From the sequence record MN850603.1: DNA of 64,000 nucleotides, one strand, 5' to 3'. Origin of the DNA: Escherichia phage pinkbiff. Positions 41,792 to 52,210 of the stretch are shown one piece after another (within the stretch, counting starts at the first letter, position 1; each line of letters starts with the position of its first letter). The translations under genes and the position numbers were made by a program. Under the pieces are notes generated by a model that did no database searches, had not been told where the DNA came from, and saw only the letters and a list, made by a program, of their open reading frames with translations.

Positions 41792-42988
41792 ACCCATCGG
41801 GGAAATTACCTTGCCAGAACGCTCAAAAGCCTCTGCTACAGCACCATGACCAGATACACTTAAGAAATCTGGATACATAGCTTTAGAGCAACACTCAATA
41901 GCTTTTTCAAACAACCTTGCTTGGCATACATCAAGCTTATGTCTCGTTTCTTCATAGATATACACAAGTTTAGGGAACACAACAGGTTTTTTGCTTTTTC
42001 CTTGCCCGTTCATCCTTACGTTAAGGATTGTATTGGCAATCATAAACTGAAGACGGTTATCTTCATTGTGCATATCTGGTTCCAACAGACCAAATGTCAG
42101 AGTAGTAAATGCAAAATCACCGCGACTGCAAGGAACAGTGTTAAGTTTCATTTCAAGAGATTGGAAACCTTGTGTTAACTCATTCTGTAATTGCTCCATT
42201 ACGTAATTATAGTGTTGCTCTTTAGGGATTCCGTACTCTTCAGCTTTCTCTGAGTGGTACACTAAAGACTTCTTAGCATACGGTACAAGTACCTTATCAA
42301 TCTCTGCTAAAGTAAAGCCACCAAATTGCTGTGCAGTTGCTGAAAGAACTACATCACCAATAACCTGTAAGGCTGACAGCACAGACTTCGGTTCACAGTA
42401 TTCAATGCCAGACATTTCAAAGCCACCTTTCAGCACTTTACCAATGTCAAACAGGCAACAGTTGATACCACCAAAAATTAGGTCTCTTAAATCATGGATA
42501 TAGATAAACCCTTTTTCAATGGCTTCAAGTTCCTCTGGTGTTAAATGGTACTGTTTAAAGATTTCTTTAGTCAGGTAACCACGAATAATTGAACCTTTTG
42601 TAGAAATTAAACTGCTGTCAAAATTAGCATTCTCTCTGTCACCTAAGAAGAGTGTATCTCTGGTCTTCTGGTAAAGCTCATCCCAATTTTGAGCAACTTC
42701 TTTACGGTAATTTCTATATGTTGAGTAAGACTCATAAATCTCGTGATTGACTTCTGCCAAAGCCCCTTCAACAATACTGTGAATATCATTTACAGAAACT
42801 AGCAAATTATTCTGCTTAGTGGACTTTACCAGAATCCTCATAAATGCTGACTCAAGAGCTTGGGTAACATCTGGTGGAAGCTCTTTATAACCAACCCTGT
42901 TAGCTGACTTTGTGACTGCTGCTAAAACTTTTTTGATATCAGGTTCTTCGAGTGAGCCATTCTTTTTAATAATCTGTACTTTGTTCAT
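41792..42988 (-). CDS. nrdD: anaerobic ribonucleotide reductase (class III), exon 1 / N-terminal part
   Basis: About 399 aa; with exon 2 gives about 714 aa, the size of a class III RNR; reading frame ends ...K-V-I-S-P-M-G then stop. Confidence 0.75.
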
Positions 42989-43004
42989 TATTGCCCCTTT
43001 ACAT

Positions 43005-43030
43005 GCTAAAAAGGTCTCCGAAGAGACCCT
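43005..43030 (-). terminator. rho-independent terminator-like hairpin
   Basis: Minus strand: GGGTCTC-TTCG-GAGACC followed by TTTTTAGC. Confidence 0.5.
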
Positions 43031-43036
43031 TTCATT

Positions 43037-43243
43037 TTAAATCTTTTTAGAAAACTTCGCAAAGAGTTCTCTTAGTTTTTCAGTGATACCTAACTGTATC
43101 TCTAATATTTCAAAGATAACCCATAGTAACATGGCTCCAAACAATGAACCTTGTTCAAAGTCAGTAAATAGGTTAACAATAAGCATACCAATTACAATAG
43201 CTGGTGCATCAACAACCAAACCTTCCCAAATGCGTTTAAGCAT
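43037..43243 (-). CDS. hypothetical membrane protein (68 aa)
   Basis: ATG 43243; hydrophobic. Confidence 0.5.
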   Translation of the reverse strand: MLKRIWEGLVVDAPAIVIGMLIVNLFTDFEQGSLFGAMLLWVIFEILEIQLGITEKLRELFAKFSKKI

Positions 43244-43478
43244 TATTCACCTCTGCCATAAGATTCTGTAGCGTCCCAACAGGTTTTAGGTTTTGTCCAT
43301 CAGTTTTCATGATGAATGGCATCTGACGAACTGGCATCTGTGCAATATCCATTAGTTCTGATAGCTCATAGTCCTGCCCTAACATTCTCACAACATGGTC
43401 AATACCACGAGCTTTTGCAAAATTCTTTGCAGTCTCACACTGAGGGCATCCAGTTTTGGAGTAAATTACATAAGTCAT
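43236..43478 (-). CDS. glutaredoxin/NrdH-like redoxin (80 aa)
   Basis: C-P-Q-C active-site motif near the N-terminus; directly downstream of nrdB. Confidence 0.72.
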   Translation of the reverse strand: MTYVIYSKTGCPQCETAKNFAKARGIDHVVRMLGQDYELSELMDIAQMPVRQMPFIMKTDGQNLKPVGTLQNLMAEVNNA

Positions 43479-44551
43479 TAAGGAACCTCTAAAAATCCAC
43501 TATTCAAATCATCTACAACAGTATTCAATAGGTACGCACCGTTCTGTTGCTCCTGATTAGCATTCTGCTCTTTATCAATTTCCATCTTCTTAATCATATA
43601 CTTCAAAGGTGGTTCTTTAGGAGCTACAAAATCTCTTGGAATGCCAAACATATCATACAGTGGTGCAGCATTATAGTAAACCCACTCATGAAGAAGCTTT
43701 GTATTTAAGCCAACTACAGCACGCCCTTCAGAGAAGATATAATACGACCATTTTTCTTCACTTTCAACTACTTCATCTAAGATTACTTTAATCTCTGGAA
43801 GAATTTGTTGAAAAGCTTTCTGCCACTCATCATCTCTTAAAGTTTCTTTTAAAACTTCAATATCAATTTTAGTGTGAAGAATTTCGTCAAGCATAATTTT
43901 CTGGACAGCTTGAGCAATACCCTGAAATTTATCTTGAGCATCAAGTGCAAAGGTACATGCAAAGGATGCCATAAAAGATATACCTTCAAGTGCAGTCACT
44001 GCAAACAGACCTTTTAGAATCACTTTATGGAAGTGTAAAGGGTCTTTGTCCAAAAGTGAGTCACGCACATAACTCAGCCGATAGTTTATACCTTCATCCA
44101 GTAATTCTTCAAGAACACGATTCACAGTTTTTAATCGGTCTTGCACAGCAACATTCTGGTTAATCTCATCTAAGATTGTTTCAGGGTTTTTAATACATTG
44201 TCTTACAATCTCTGAGTAAGTAAGAGCATGTAGGTTTTCAATCTCAGACTGCTTCATAATTGCAGTTGCATAGATGTCGTCAGAGATAAAGGGTGCAAAG
44301 GCAAATGCCAAGCTCTTAGCAACTTGAGTGTCTGCTTCCCATTGCCACTTAAGAATCTCAAGCATTACACCTGACATTGATGCTGGGACACTCTCAAAAT
44401 CAAGACGTGATTGTTCAAAAGGGAACTCATCTTCTGACCAATCTTGTGCTTTTTGTTGTTTATAAAGTTCAAAGATTTTTGGGTAGTGCTTATTGAGTGA
44501 GTCAAAAGTTTTTCTCTCACCACCTAAAAAGATTGGGTGCTGGTTAATCAT
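43478..44551 (-). CDS. nrdB: ribonucleotide reductase small (beta) subunit
   Basis: About 357 aa from ATG 44551 (AAGGAGA SD); ferritin-like helical protein adjacent to nrdA. Confidence 0.85.
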   Translation of the reverse strand: MINQHPIFLGGERKTFDSLNKHYPKIFELYKQQKAQDWSEDEFPFEQSRLDFESVPASMSGVMLEILKWQWEADTQVAKSLAFAFAPFISDDIYATAIMKQSEIENLHALTYSEIVRQCIKNPETILDEINQNVAVQDRLKTVNRVLEELLDEGINYRLSYVRDSLLDKDPLHFHKVILKGLFAVTALEGISFMASFACTFALDAQDKFQGIAQAVQKIMLDEILHTKIDIEVLKETLRDDEWQKAFQQILPEIKVILDEVVESEEKWSYYIFSEGRAVVGLNTKLLHEWVYYNAAPLYDMFGIPRDFVAPKEPPLKYMIKKMEIDKEQNANQEQQNGAYLLNTVVDDLNSGFLEVP

Positions 44552-44805
44552 AGCGTGATTTCTCCTTTCTTTATCATTTCTAAGGCTTGTTTTCTGTCTA
44601 AAACTTCCCAATTTTCTTTGTTGAACATCTCATAAGGTCTTGCGTAGATTTTACCATCTGCTGTAGAGATGTAAGAGATACCAGCAACCCATGAGTCATC
44701 CTTTTGTTTTATCATCATATCTGTGCTACTCACATAGTACATCGTTTTCCGAGGCTTGTGGAGCAAGTATATAGGTCGCTCATGTTTTTCTATTAAATCT
44801 TTCAT
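44548..44805 (-). CDS. hypothetical protein (85 aa) between nrdA and nrdB
   Basis: ATG 44805 with GGAGAG SD; the longer track ORF would overlap the nrdA 3' end. Confidence 0.45.
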   Translation of the reverse strand: MKDLIEKHERPIYLLHKPRKTMYYVSSTDMMIKQKDDSWVAGISYISTADGKIYARPYEMFNKENWEVLDRKQALEMIKKGEITL

Positions 44806-44860
44806 GGTCTCTCCAAAGTTATTTTTAGAGGGTCTTTTACGACCCTCATAGTTATTAAAA

Positions 44861-47095
44861 CTAAACACCACAGCCCTCGCAATAAGCATCTTGCAGTGCA
44901 GATTTACCTACACCAATGCGACTGTTAAGGTAGTACATGGTTTTCATACCTACCGAGTTGGCATAAATCATGTACTTCAAAGCTTGAGCCAATGATACCT
45001 TCTTAGACTTTGCATAGTCAACATAGAAGTCTGAAGAGATAGCCTGACCAGTGAACTTTTGAACAATTGCATAACAATCAATCATATCAAAGGTGTCAAT
45101 ATCCCAAGCAATTTCATAGACATACTTCAGTTCTTCATAATCTGGAACAATAAACAGTACGTTACCAGTTGCAGACTTTTTAGTTAAAATAAAGTCACGA
45201 ATTGGGTACAAGCCATTTGTCGTATTAGTTGCTAGTGAAGAACTCTCATTAGGCATGTAAGCTTCTAATACAGAGTTTCGGATTCCACCATTCTCTTTGA
45301 TACGTTGTGCTAAGTCATCCCAATCATATCTTAGTTTTGCATCATGCTTTTCATCAATCTTCTTGTTAGCTGTCTTTGGAGGAACCCAGCCTTCAGGATA
45401 CTTAGTGAACTTCATGTACTCTGGAACACCACGCTCTTTAGCAAGTCTCAGAGAGGCTTCATGCAGATAGTAAGAGTGCATCTCTGCAAGTTCATGAAGC
45501 TTCGTCTTACCTGCTCGTGAAGAGTAGTTCACGTAGTTCTTCGCAAGGTAATGAGCCACATTTGTAAGGCCAATCCCAACAGAACGACGCTTCTGAACAT
45601 GGTTACGCATCGACGGATACGGATAATCCATAAGGTCAATAACGGAGTCAACCATTGCAAGAGCATAATAAGCAACGTCAGCGTATTCATCTTCTGAAAT
45701 TCTCCCTGCAACCAAACTAGCTAGGAAGCAAAGAGCCACCTCACCATCCTCTTTCACAGCATCGTCTCTGTAAAGGTCTGTCTCTTTCTCAAAACCATAC
45801 ACTGGCAACACAATTTCCATACAAAGATTTGACATCTTCAATGGTTCTTTAAATGGTGTATGTGTGTTTGCATTGTTAGTGAAGAATGGATACACACGAC
45901 CTGTAGCATAACGCTGTTGAATAAACAGCTTAGCAATTTCACGAGCCTTGACTCGTCTGTGCTTAACTCCTGAATGTACTGCGTGACCAACTGCCATAGC
46001 AAACTCATCAGCAGATGCTGTGTAGAACATGTCATAGAGTTTTGGTGCATCTTTGTAAGAGAATAGCAACCAATCTGTATCATACTGAACACACTGCCAG
46101 AAATAATCGTTTGTGCCGAATGAGTAGTCCATCTCATTAATACGTTTAGAAGGAACCGTTGTAGGGTGCTTCAAACGCAGTAAATCTTCAATCTGCGGGT
46201 CTAGAGCAGTGTAGAAGTTATTAGCTGAACCACCACGACTCTTCTGTTTGTTTGCCTCTACAGATGAACGTACAAGCTTATAATAAGGCAGCTTACCCAT
46301 GTGTTCAATAGTATTTTGACGGATGCCATCACCAATAGTGCGAGTCTCCATCAGCATCCCAATACCAGCTTGCTTTGTGGTCATGTCATAGGCAACCTTT
46401 GCAGCAATACCTAGAGATTCAGCAGTATCATTCGCCTTAATCAAACAGCATGACGCATAACCTGATTTAGTAGCTCTTAAACCGTTTAAATAAGGTGTAG
46501 GAGCATTAATCTTCAGGTCAGATAGATAAGTGTACAGCTTGATAACATCTTGCAGTCTACGGTGCTTTGGTTGCTTCTCAAAGGCTTTCATAGCCATACC
46601 CATAAACATAAATTGCGGTGACTCAAAAAGTCTTCCCGTTTTAATATCACGGATACCATACTTGTCTCTGAACTGTTTCAAGACTGCATAACCGTAAGAG
46701 ATATCTTTTGAGTGTACGATGTAACCTTGCAGGTATTCAAGCTCTTCCTGTGAATAGTCCATCTTCTCCCAAAGTCCCGCCCTCTCCATGTTTTTAACGA
46801 AGGTAACCAGCGTAGGAACCTTAGTAAAGCCTCCAAAGGCTTCTTTGTAGATAATACCCAAAAGCAGTCGTCCAGCCATATCTGAGTACTCTTGAGTTTG
46901 TTTATCAACACAAACATCAATCATGGCTTGGTGCATCTCTTTTGTAGTGCAACCCTCATAGACACGTTTCATGGCTTCCATAGTGACTTCTGACCAGATA
47001 ATTCCACGCTTATCTGCCCATGATGCCCATTTATTCAGTCTTTCTGGGTCAAAGCTTACTACTGTACCATTTGATTTTTTAATTGTCTTAATCAT
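44861..47095 (-). CDS. nrdA: ribonucleotide reductase large (alpha) subunit, class I
   Basis: 744 aa; N-terminal ATP-cone-like region, C-terminal Y-x-x-x-C-E-G-C tail with the redox cysteine pair. Confidence 0.88.
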   Translation of the reverse strand: MIKTIKKSNGTVVSFDPERLNKWASWADKRGIIWSEVTMEAMKRVYEGCTTKEMHQAMIDVCVDKQTQEYSDMAGRLLLGIIYKEAFGGFTKVPTLVTFVKNMERAGLWEKMDYSQEELEYLQGYIVHSKDISYGYAVLKQFRDKYGIRDIKTGRLFESPQFMFMGMAMKAFEKQPKHRRLQDVIKLYTYLSDLKINAPTPYLNGLRATKSGYASCCLIKANDTAESLGIAAKVAYDMTTKQAGIGMLMETRTIGDGIRQNTIEHMGKLPYYKLVRSSVEANKQKSRGGSANNFYTALDPQIEDLLRLKHPTTVPSKRINEMDYSFGTNDYFWQCVQYDTDWLLFSYKDAPKLYDMFYTASADEFAMAVGHAVHSGVKHRRVKAREIAKLFIQQRYATGRVYPFFTNNANTHTPFKEPLKMSNLCMEIVLPVYGFEKETDLYRDDAVKEDGEVALCFLASLVAGRISEDEYADVAYYALAMVDSVIDLMDYPYPSMRNHVQKRRSVGIGLTNVAHYLAKNYVNYSSRAGKTKLHELAEMHSYYLHEASLRLAKERGVPEYMKFTKYPEGWVPPKTANKKIDEKHDAKLRYDWDDLAQRIKENGGIRNSVLEAYMPNESSSLATNTTNGLYPIRDFILTKKSATGNVLFIVPDYEELKYVYEIAWDIDTFDMIDCYAIVQKFTGQAISSDFYVDYAKSKKVSLAQALKYMIYANSVGMKTMYYLNSRIGVGKSALQDAYCEGCGV

Positions 47096-47109
47096 TTTTG
47101 AATCCTACA

Positions 47110-47137
47110 GATGAAAAGAGCCTCCGAAGAGGCTCCC
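47110..47137 (-). terminator. rho-independent terminator
   Basis: Minus strand: GAGCCTC-TTCG-GAGGCTC followed by TTTTCATCTG. Confidence 0.6.
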
Positions 47138-47141
47138 TAGT

Positions 47142-47480
47142 TTAAATCTTGAAAATTTGCTCATTCTGCCACATATCGTAAAACTTATCACTTACCTTTG
47201 TGACTGAAGAAGTGTGCATACAATTCAGGGAGAACCATGATGATGTATTATCATCCATAATTGTTTCAAGTTTTTGTGTAACGTTCACATCCATGTCTGC
47301 AACAACGTAATTACCTCGCATCTTGCAAACAACTCTTCCAAACAAGATTGCACTTCTACCTCTTCGGTCATCACAGTACATAACTGTGTCTCCGTGCTTA
47401 ACGTCTTGTCCGATGCTGTCAACACCTAGCTTAACACCTGAGATAATGTCATCATAAGATAGCTTTTTTGCTTTAGACAC
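47142..47480 (-). CDS. hypothetical protein (112 aa)
   Basis: GTG start per track. Confidence 0.45.
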   Translation of the reverse strand: MSKAKKLSYDDIISGVKLGVDSIGQDVKHGDTVMYCDDRRGRSAILFGRVVCKMRGNYVVADMDVNVTQKLETIMDDNTSSWFSLNCMHTSSVTKVSDKFYDMWQNEQIFKI

Positions 47481-47796
47481 GGTATTTCTCCAAGTTTCTT
47501 TTTAGATACAACCAACCATAGTCAGTCCTTTCTACACCCATAAAGAGTGGAGCCATCACAACTTTACCGAAAGTATTCCTGTGTTGGCAGATTTCAAAGG
47601 AATACTCTTTCTCAATATCAATCCCGTATTTGTACAGGACTGCTTTTAAAACTTGTTCATTGTCCAGAAGTGTATCTGGAGTCTCACCATATTTTTCTAG
47701 TAACGGGTCATTCATAAACACCGTCATAGAAATATTGTAGTTTGAGAAGTGACTCTTCTGAGCCACACCCTCTTTATTAATGTTCTGTGAATCCAT
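47473..47796 (-). CDS. hypothetical protein (107 aa)
   Basis: ATG 47796 with AAGGGG SD. Confidence 0.5.
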   Translation of the reverse strand: MDSQNINKEGVAQKSHFSNYNISMTVFMNDPLLEKYGETPDTLLDNEQVLKAVLYKYGIDIEKEYSFEICQHRNTFGKVVMAPLFMGVERTDYGWLYLKRNLEKYRV

Positions 47797-48532
47797 TATA
47801 ACCAACCCCTTTTAACCAGCACTTCAGGTTATTAGCATCATAATTCAGTTTCGGGTATGAGGTTACATGGAACTGCTCACCATCATAATAGACAATATCT
47901 GCAATCCATAGTCCATTCTCTTTACAGAAGTCTTTATCTGCTTTAGAGGTAATTGGATTAACTTCTACAAAACCATCTACACCCAAATCCTTTAAGCTAC
48001 CTACAATACCTTTGCAGATAACGCATGTCTCAGATACTACCACAAAAAGTTCTTGGCTTTCAAGTTCTACAATGTATTCACCAAGCTGTACTTTAGGGAG
48101 ATTTGATTGCTTCATAATCTTCCCATCGGCTGCACGAACAATCGCATACCACTCTTTACCATCAACTACTGACATTCTGATAATACACTCTTGACCAGTA
48201 CGCTTCTCAATGTCTGCAAGACGTTTTAAAGCTTCTTCATAGTCATCTGTGTACTTCAGGTCATTATTATGGCAAACAGCTTTCATAGCACCATTATGGT
48301 CATGTTGTGACAGATAAATCAAGCCGTCAAGAACATATTGTAAATCTGCCTGAGCATCCAGTGTCTCAATGGGGTCTTTCTCTTCAATTGCTTTTACAAG
48401 CTCTTTTGCTTCTTCAAGCATACACAGAGATTGAGATTTTAAAGATTCCCAATACTCATCACTGTAAGGTTGCTTTTGAGTGTTTCCACAACGAAGGTTC
48501 CAGTTTTTTACTGATTCTCTTGAGTTAAACAT
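47777..48532 (-). CDS. hypothetical protein (251 aa)
   Basis: ATG 48532. Confidence 0.55.
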   Translation of the reverse strand: MFNSRESVKNWNLRCGNTQKQPYSDEYWESLKSQSLCMLEEAKELVKAIEEKDPIETLDAQADLQYVLDGLIYLSQHDHNGAMKAVCHNNDLKYTDDYEEALKRLADIEKRTGQECIIRMSVVDGKEWYAIVRAADGKIMKQSNLPKVQLGEYIVELESQELFVVVSETCVICKGIVGSLKDLGVDGFVEVNPITSKADKDFCKENGLWIADIVYYDGEQFHVTSYPKLNYDANNLKCWLKGVGYNGFTEH

Positions 48533-48756
48533 TCGGACTCCTTAAAATATTTGTTAACCTTTAGCTCTCGTGTTTCAATATATTCTAGATGCTCACGTAG
48601 CTCTTGACGTTTAAGCATTAGGTGCTGCATTTGAGATTCAACAGATTCAACTTCTTTAATTATTGACTCTCTAGCATTTGCAAGGATGCGCTCAAGTTCT
48701 TCAATCTTGCTGTCAACTTTTGCTACATGGCTCACAGCTTTACTTTTGTTAAACAT
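48508..48756 (-). CDS. hypothetical coiled-coil protein (82 aa)
   Basis: ATG 48756 with GAGAGAGAA SD. Confidence 0.5.
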   Translation of the reverse strand: MFNKSKAVSHVAKVDSKIEELERILANARESIIKEVESVESQMQHLMLKRQELREHLEYIETRELKVNKYFKESECLTQENQ

Positions 48757-48777
48757 TTTATTCTCTCTCAATAGTTA

Positions 48778-49278
48778 TCAAGCACAATTTGCTTTCATTA
48801 CCTTATGGATTCTTTTTTCAGCATCTTCATAAGTTTCTTTAGTAATAAACTTAATTGCTGCAATATTGGCATTGTAGAAGAGTCTGAGCTTCGAGTCAAT
48901 CCTTTTTGTCATTACATCGAACTTATGTTGAAGGTTTGCTTCTCCATAAACTAGGCCACCTTTTGTGTAGTAGGTTTGGATAATGTAAAAGTCAAAAGAT
49001 TCCTTTCCAAAGCTTTCAATATCTTTTTTAATATACTCAGAAGAAGTCTCGTAAGTCATCCAATCACTTTCCTTAGTGACTACCTTCTTTCGAGTCTTCC
49101 CAGCAACTTTTCTTTTGGTCACACTGTTAAGCTGTTTTTTACCCAAATAGTACTGTCCAGTCTTTTTGCAGTACACTAGGTAGACAAAACCAAAGTGCTT
49201 TGCTGGGTCAACTTCACCACATAGTGAAATCCAATGTCCATATTCAGGGCAATTGCCAAAACCTTTTATTTTTCTCAT
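48778..49278 (-). CDS. possible GIY-YIG-type homing endonuclease (166 aa)
   Basis: G-F-V-Y-L-V-Y-C-K-K-T-G-Q-Y-Y-L-G-K-K resembles the GIY ... YIG core; adjacent to an HNH endonuclease. Confidence 0.4.
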   Translation of the reverse strand: MRKIKGFGNCPEYGHWISLCGEVDPAKHFGFVYLVYCKKTGQYYLGKKQLNSVTKRKVAGKTRKKVVTKESDWMTYETSSEYIKKDIESFGKESFDFYIIQTYYTKGGLVYGEANLQHKFDVMTKRIDSKLRLFYNANIAAIKFITKETYEDAEKRIHKVMKANCA

Positions 49279-49781
49279 TCATCACCTTTATTAGCAAACT
49301 CTTTGTGTAAACGTTGACGTTCCCTATTTACAACCTCTGCTGCTTCATCAATAGTGTCATAGTTGCCGAAGAAGTAGACCCTCTTCTTAAAAGTTATCTG
49401 TGTAGACCACTTACCATACTGTTTTTTGTAGTACACACCTTTAACACCTGATTTATTGTTCTTATTGAGCAATCTATTACATTGGTTCTCTGATAACGTA
49501 CATGCTCTAAGATTTACCCAACGGTTATCTAGTGTTACATGATTTTTATGGTCAACACACTCAGGGAGGTAACCATCCATATACAGAACAGCTAGTGTAT
49601 GTGCATAATAGCCCTTACCAAACAAATAAATTCTGGTGTAACCTTTTAAGTTTGTACCTGCAACAGAGCCAATTTTTGTGTGTCTAGCAGACTTCTTAAT
49701 CCAAGTAAAGACCCCTGTTTCGGGGTCATAGTGTAGGTATTCTTTAAGAGTTTGTTGGGTTAACATTTGGTGTCCATCCAT
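49275..49781 (-). CDS. HNH homing endonuclease with AP2-type domain (168 aa)
   Basis: V-D-H-K-N-H ... N-L-R-A-C-T-L-S-E-N, C-terminal K-S-G-V-K-G-V ... F-x-x-x-D-E-A; overlaps the 3' end of the FEN gene. Confidence 0.78.
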   Translation of the reverse strand: MDGHQMLTQQTLKEYLHYDPETGVFTWIKKSARHTKIGSVAGTNLKGYTRIYLFGKGYYAHTLAVLYMDGYLPECVDHKNHVTLDNRWVNLRACTLSENQCNRLLNKNNKSGVKGVYYKKQYGKWSTQITFKKRVYFFGNYDTIDEAAEVVNRERQRLHKEFANKGDE

Positions 49782-50790
49782 ACTTGTCGAAAGTGAAATC
49801 GTCTTTCTTGTTTCTTTCCTGATAAGCTAAGAAAAAGTGTTGCTGCATTAACTCTAAAGGTGTTCTGGTAATTGTTTGACCATCCCACGAGACATAAGTG
49901 TATGACTCTTTCTTAGCATAAAGCTCATAAATTGCATCAAGACACTCTTTATAAGTGGTTTTACCCTCAAGGGCTTTCATTATAGTAACCTTGCCAACAC
50001 CCTTTAAGCCAAAATAATTATCCGCATTATCACCAGCCACGGCTTGATAGCAAAGAAATTTAAAACCTACCCCAACTGTCTTCTTAGCTTTTGGTGTCGA
50101 TTTTATTGGGCAATCCCAAATTTCACCTACGTTGTTGTCAGCAATGAAAATCAAAGGTGACTTTTCATAGGTCATATCAATGCAGTAAGTCCCTTCAGCT
50201 TGGCGAAGGTCTTTATCAATACTCATTAAGGCAGCCTTTTTTCCCATTTTTTCAGCTTTAGCAATAACGATAGAGTCAGCTTCAAATCCATCAAGAATCA
50301 ATTTGAACTCTGGTCTTGACAGAAGATACTCACGACAAGCAACTAAGTGTGTTGGTGTGACAGCATCTTTGCGGTTACCTTGATATTGGTGCTCAAGACC
50401 TTTAATGTCTTTATGTTTATGCACACCTTTCTCTGTTAAATAACCCACCCAAGTTCTATCTTTACCAACAACCTTAAGCCATTCCTGAAGAACCTGTTGA
50501 GTAGCCATGATAGCTTCTTTTTCACTCTTAGCTTCTTTCCAAGTCTGTCTTTCCCATTCATCTTCATCAAATGTCAGGCCAAGTTCTTCCACAAGGATTC
50601 TCTGGTCTGCTAACCATCTTGCAGCATCTTTCGCATTATCAAATGGCTCAGACTCTTCTGCTGTGAGTTTATTGACATATTTATACTTTGCTTTCTCAAC
50701 TACACAAGCACCTTTATAGGCAATACTGTCAGAGTCAATAAAGACATGTGTAACTGAATCGGGAAGTTTTGTTAATGTGTACTTCTCCAT
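49744..50790 (-). CDS. 5'-3' exonuclease / flap endonuclease (RNase H-like)
   Basis: PIN-like N-terminus (H-V-F-I-D-S-D-S-I-A-Y) and H3TH motif G-D-N-A-D-N-Y-F-G-L-K-G-V-G-K. Confidence 0.78.
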   Translation of the reverse strand: MEKYTLTKLPDSVTHVFIDSDSIAYKGACVVEKAKYKYVNKLTAEESEPFDNAKDAARWLADQRILVEELGLTFDEDEWERQTWKEAKSEKEAIMATQQVLQEWLKVVGKDRTWVGYLTEKGVHKHKDIKGLEHQYQGNRKDAVTPTHLVACREYLLSRPEFKLILDGFEADSIVIAKAEKMGKKAALMSIDKDLRQAEGTYCIDMTYEKSPLIFIADNNVGEIWDCPIKSTPKAKKTVGVGFKFLCYQAVAGDNADNYFGLKGVGKVTIMKALEGKTTYKECLDAIYELYAKKESYTYVSWDGQTITRTPLELMQQHFFLAYQERNKKDDFTFDKYGWTPNVNPTNS

Positions 50791-50852
50791 TATGGCTCTC
50801 CATATGAAAAAGCCCCATACTGAGTACAGGGCTTTAAAGTAACTTTTAGAGA

Positions 50853-51710
50853 TTAATCTTCTGTATCGAAGTCTTCATCTTCTTCGTCATCTGGGTCTGG
50901 CAAATCTTCATCATCACCATCATCAGAATCATTCGAAGATTTATGGTCTGTTGCGTCTTCTTCAGTGATTTCACCGTTATCTTCAACACCGTCAAGACCA
51001 AGCATAGCCAGTTCATCTTCATCCAGTTCAGGCTCACCATTAGCACCGTTACCACCAGTGTAAGGTACAAGAGTGTCAATGATAAACTGTTCCTGAATAG
51101 GTTTTGTCAGAACATTGTTCTCAAAAGTGTAGAAGTGAGTAGAAAGAATCACACTACCAAAAGAACCGTTGCCAACTGCAATATCTGGATGAATTACATC
51201 ATAGTTCTTGTCATCTTCATGTTTATCAGATGCTTGAGCTTTGATTTTCTTCATCGGCTGCTTAACAGCTACACGCTTACCATTTACTTCTTCAATCAGC
51301 ATTACAGGGAATGACTGTTTAGCTGTCCATACAGCACCATCTTTATAAGCTGCTGCACGACTTACTTTCAAGATGTAGTAAGTGTCTGCTTCAAAAGGTG
51401 GTTTACAACCAAACTTCTCTTCGAAGTCGTCTGCATCAACTGCTTCAGTGGTAACTTTATCCCAACCCTCTGGGTTTTTCTTAGACTTAGTAAACTCTTT
51501 AAACAGTTTGTTACCGTCTTCTGCCAGAATTGATACACTGTAGTTACAATCTTTTCCTGGGAATTTCTTGTCAATAGATTTACCTTTACCCGGACGTGGT
51601 GAAGTGTTCAGGTAATAAAACCAGACATCTTTCAGCAGGTAACGCAGAGTTTGACGTTCAGTACCGTTGTACTTCTCTACCGGAGCTTTCATTTTAACAA
51701 CTTTAGACAT
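50853..51710 (-). CDS. single-stranded DNA-binding protein candidate (285 aa)
   Basis: Very acidic C-terminal tail (D/E-rich, ...D-E-E-D-E-D-F-D-T-E-D) as in phage SSBs; in the replication block. Confidence 0.5.
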   Translation of the reverse strand: MSKVVKMKAPVEKYNGTERQTLRYLLKDVWFYYLNTSPRPGKGKSIDKKFPGKDCNYSVSILAEDGNKLFKEFTKSKKNPEGWDKVTTEAVDADDFEEKFGCKPPFEADTYYILKVSRAAAYKDGAVWTAKQSFPVMLIEEVNGKRVAVKQPMKKIKAQASDKHEDDKNYDVIHPDIAVGNGSFGSVILSTHFYTFENNVLTKPIQEQFIIDTLVPYTGGNGANGEPELDEDELAMLGLDGVEDNGEITEEDATDHKSSNDSDDGDDEDLPDPDDEEDEDFDTED

Positions 51711-51782
51711 TATTTAAACCTCTATCTCAATTTATGAAGAGTACCAATTCTAATTTGTTGATACTCTATTGTCAAATACTAA

Positions 51783-51932
51783 TTACTGGAAGTTGTGCTT
51801 ATCTTTAGAAGCTGCTTTACGTGCAGTTTTTCCAGTTCTTACACGTTTCTCTTCATAGTACTTTGCTGGTTTTCCAGCAGTGGCTTTTAAGGAATCCCCA
51901 AAAACTTTTTCAAATGCTTTAGAGTGTTTCAT
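51783..51932 (-). CDS. small basic protein (49 aa)
   Basis: Not in the track; ATG 51932 with GGAGAA SD; Lys/Arg-rich. Confidence 0.35.
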   Translation of the reverse strand: MKHSKAFEKVFGDSLKATAGKPAKYYEEKRVRTGKTARKAASKDKHNFQ

Positions 51933-52210
51933 GATATTCTCCGATATACTTGATATTCAAACACATTTTCTTTCATTATAAACAGCCAACCAATATTATG
52001 TTCAGGTATAGTAATAGTGACTGTGGTAATACTGTGATGGAACTTTTCTTCTACCTCAACACCGCCATCACATTTCATGTAGAGCATTCTATAGAACCTA
52101 TCAATCTTTGTCAAACACTCTTCCTGAAATTTATTTAAACTTTTTTCTTCAAAGAAGGGTGTGAACCCCTCTCTTTTATAACTATCACTCAGTTTCGAAT
52201 GGGCAGTCAT
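51929..52210 (-). CDS. hypothetical protein (93 aa)
   Basis: ATG 52210 with GAGGA SD; track starts at GTG 52222. Confidence 0.5.
   Translation of the reverse strand: MTAHSKLSDSYKREGFTPFFEEKSLNKFQEECLTKIDRFYRMLYMKCDGGVEVEEKFHHSITTVTITIPEHNIGWLFIMKENVFEYQVYRRIS

Noticed and set aside
44820-44860. Hairpin gagggtc-ttttac-gaccctc as a terminator between nrdA and the downstream gene
   Set aside because: No U-tract on either strand after the stem; may be a processing or attenuator structure, not called.
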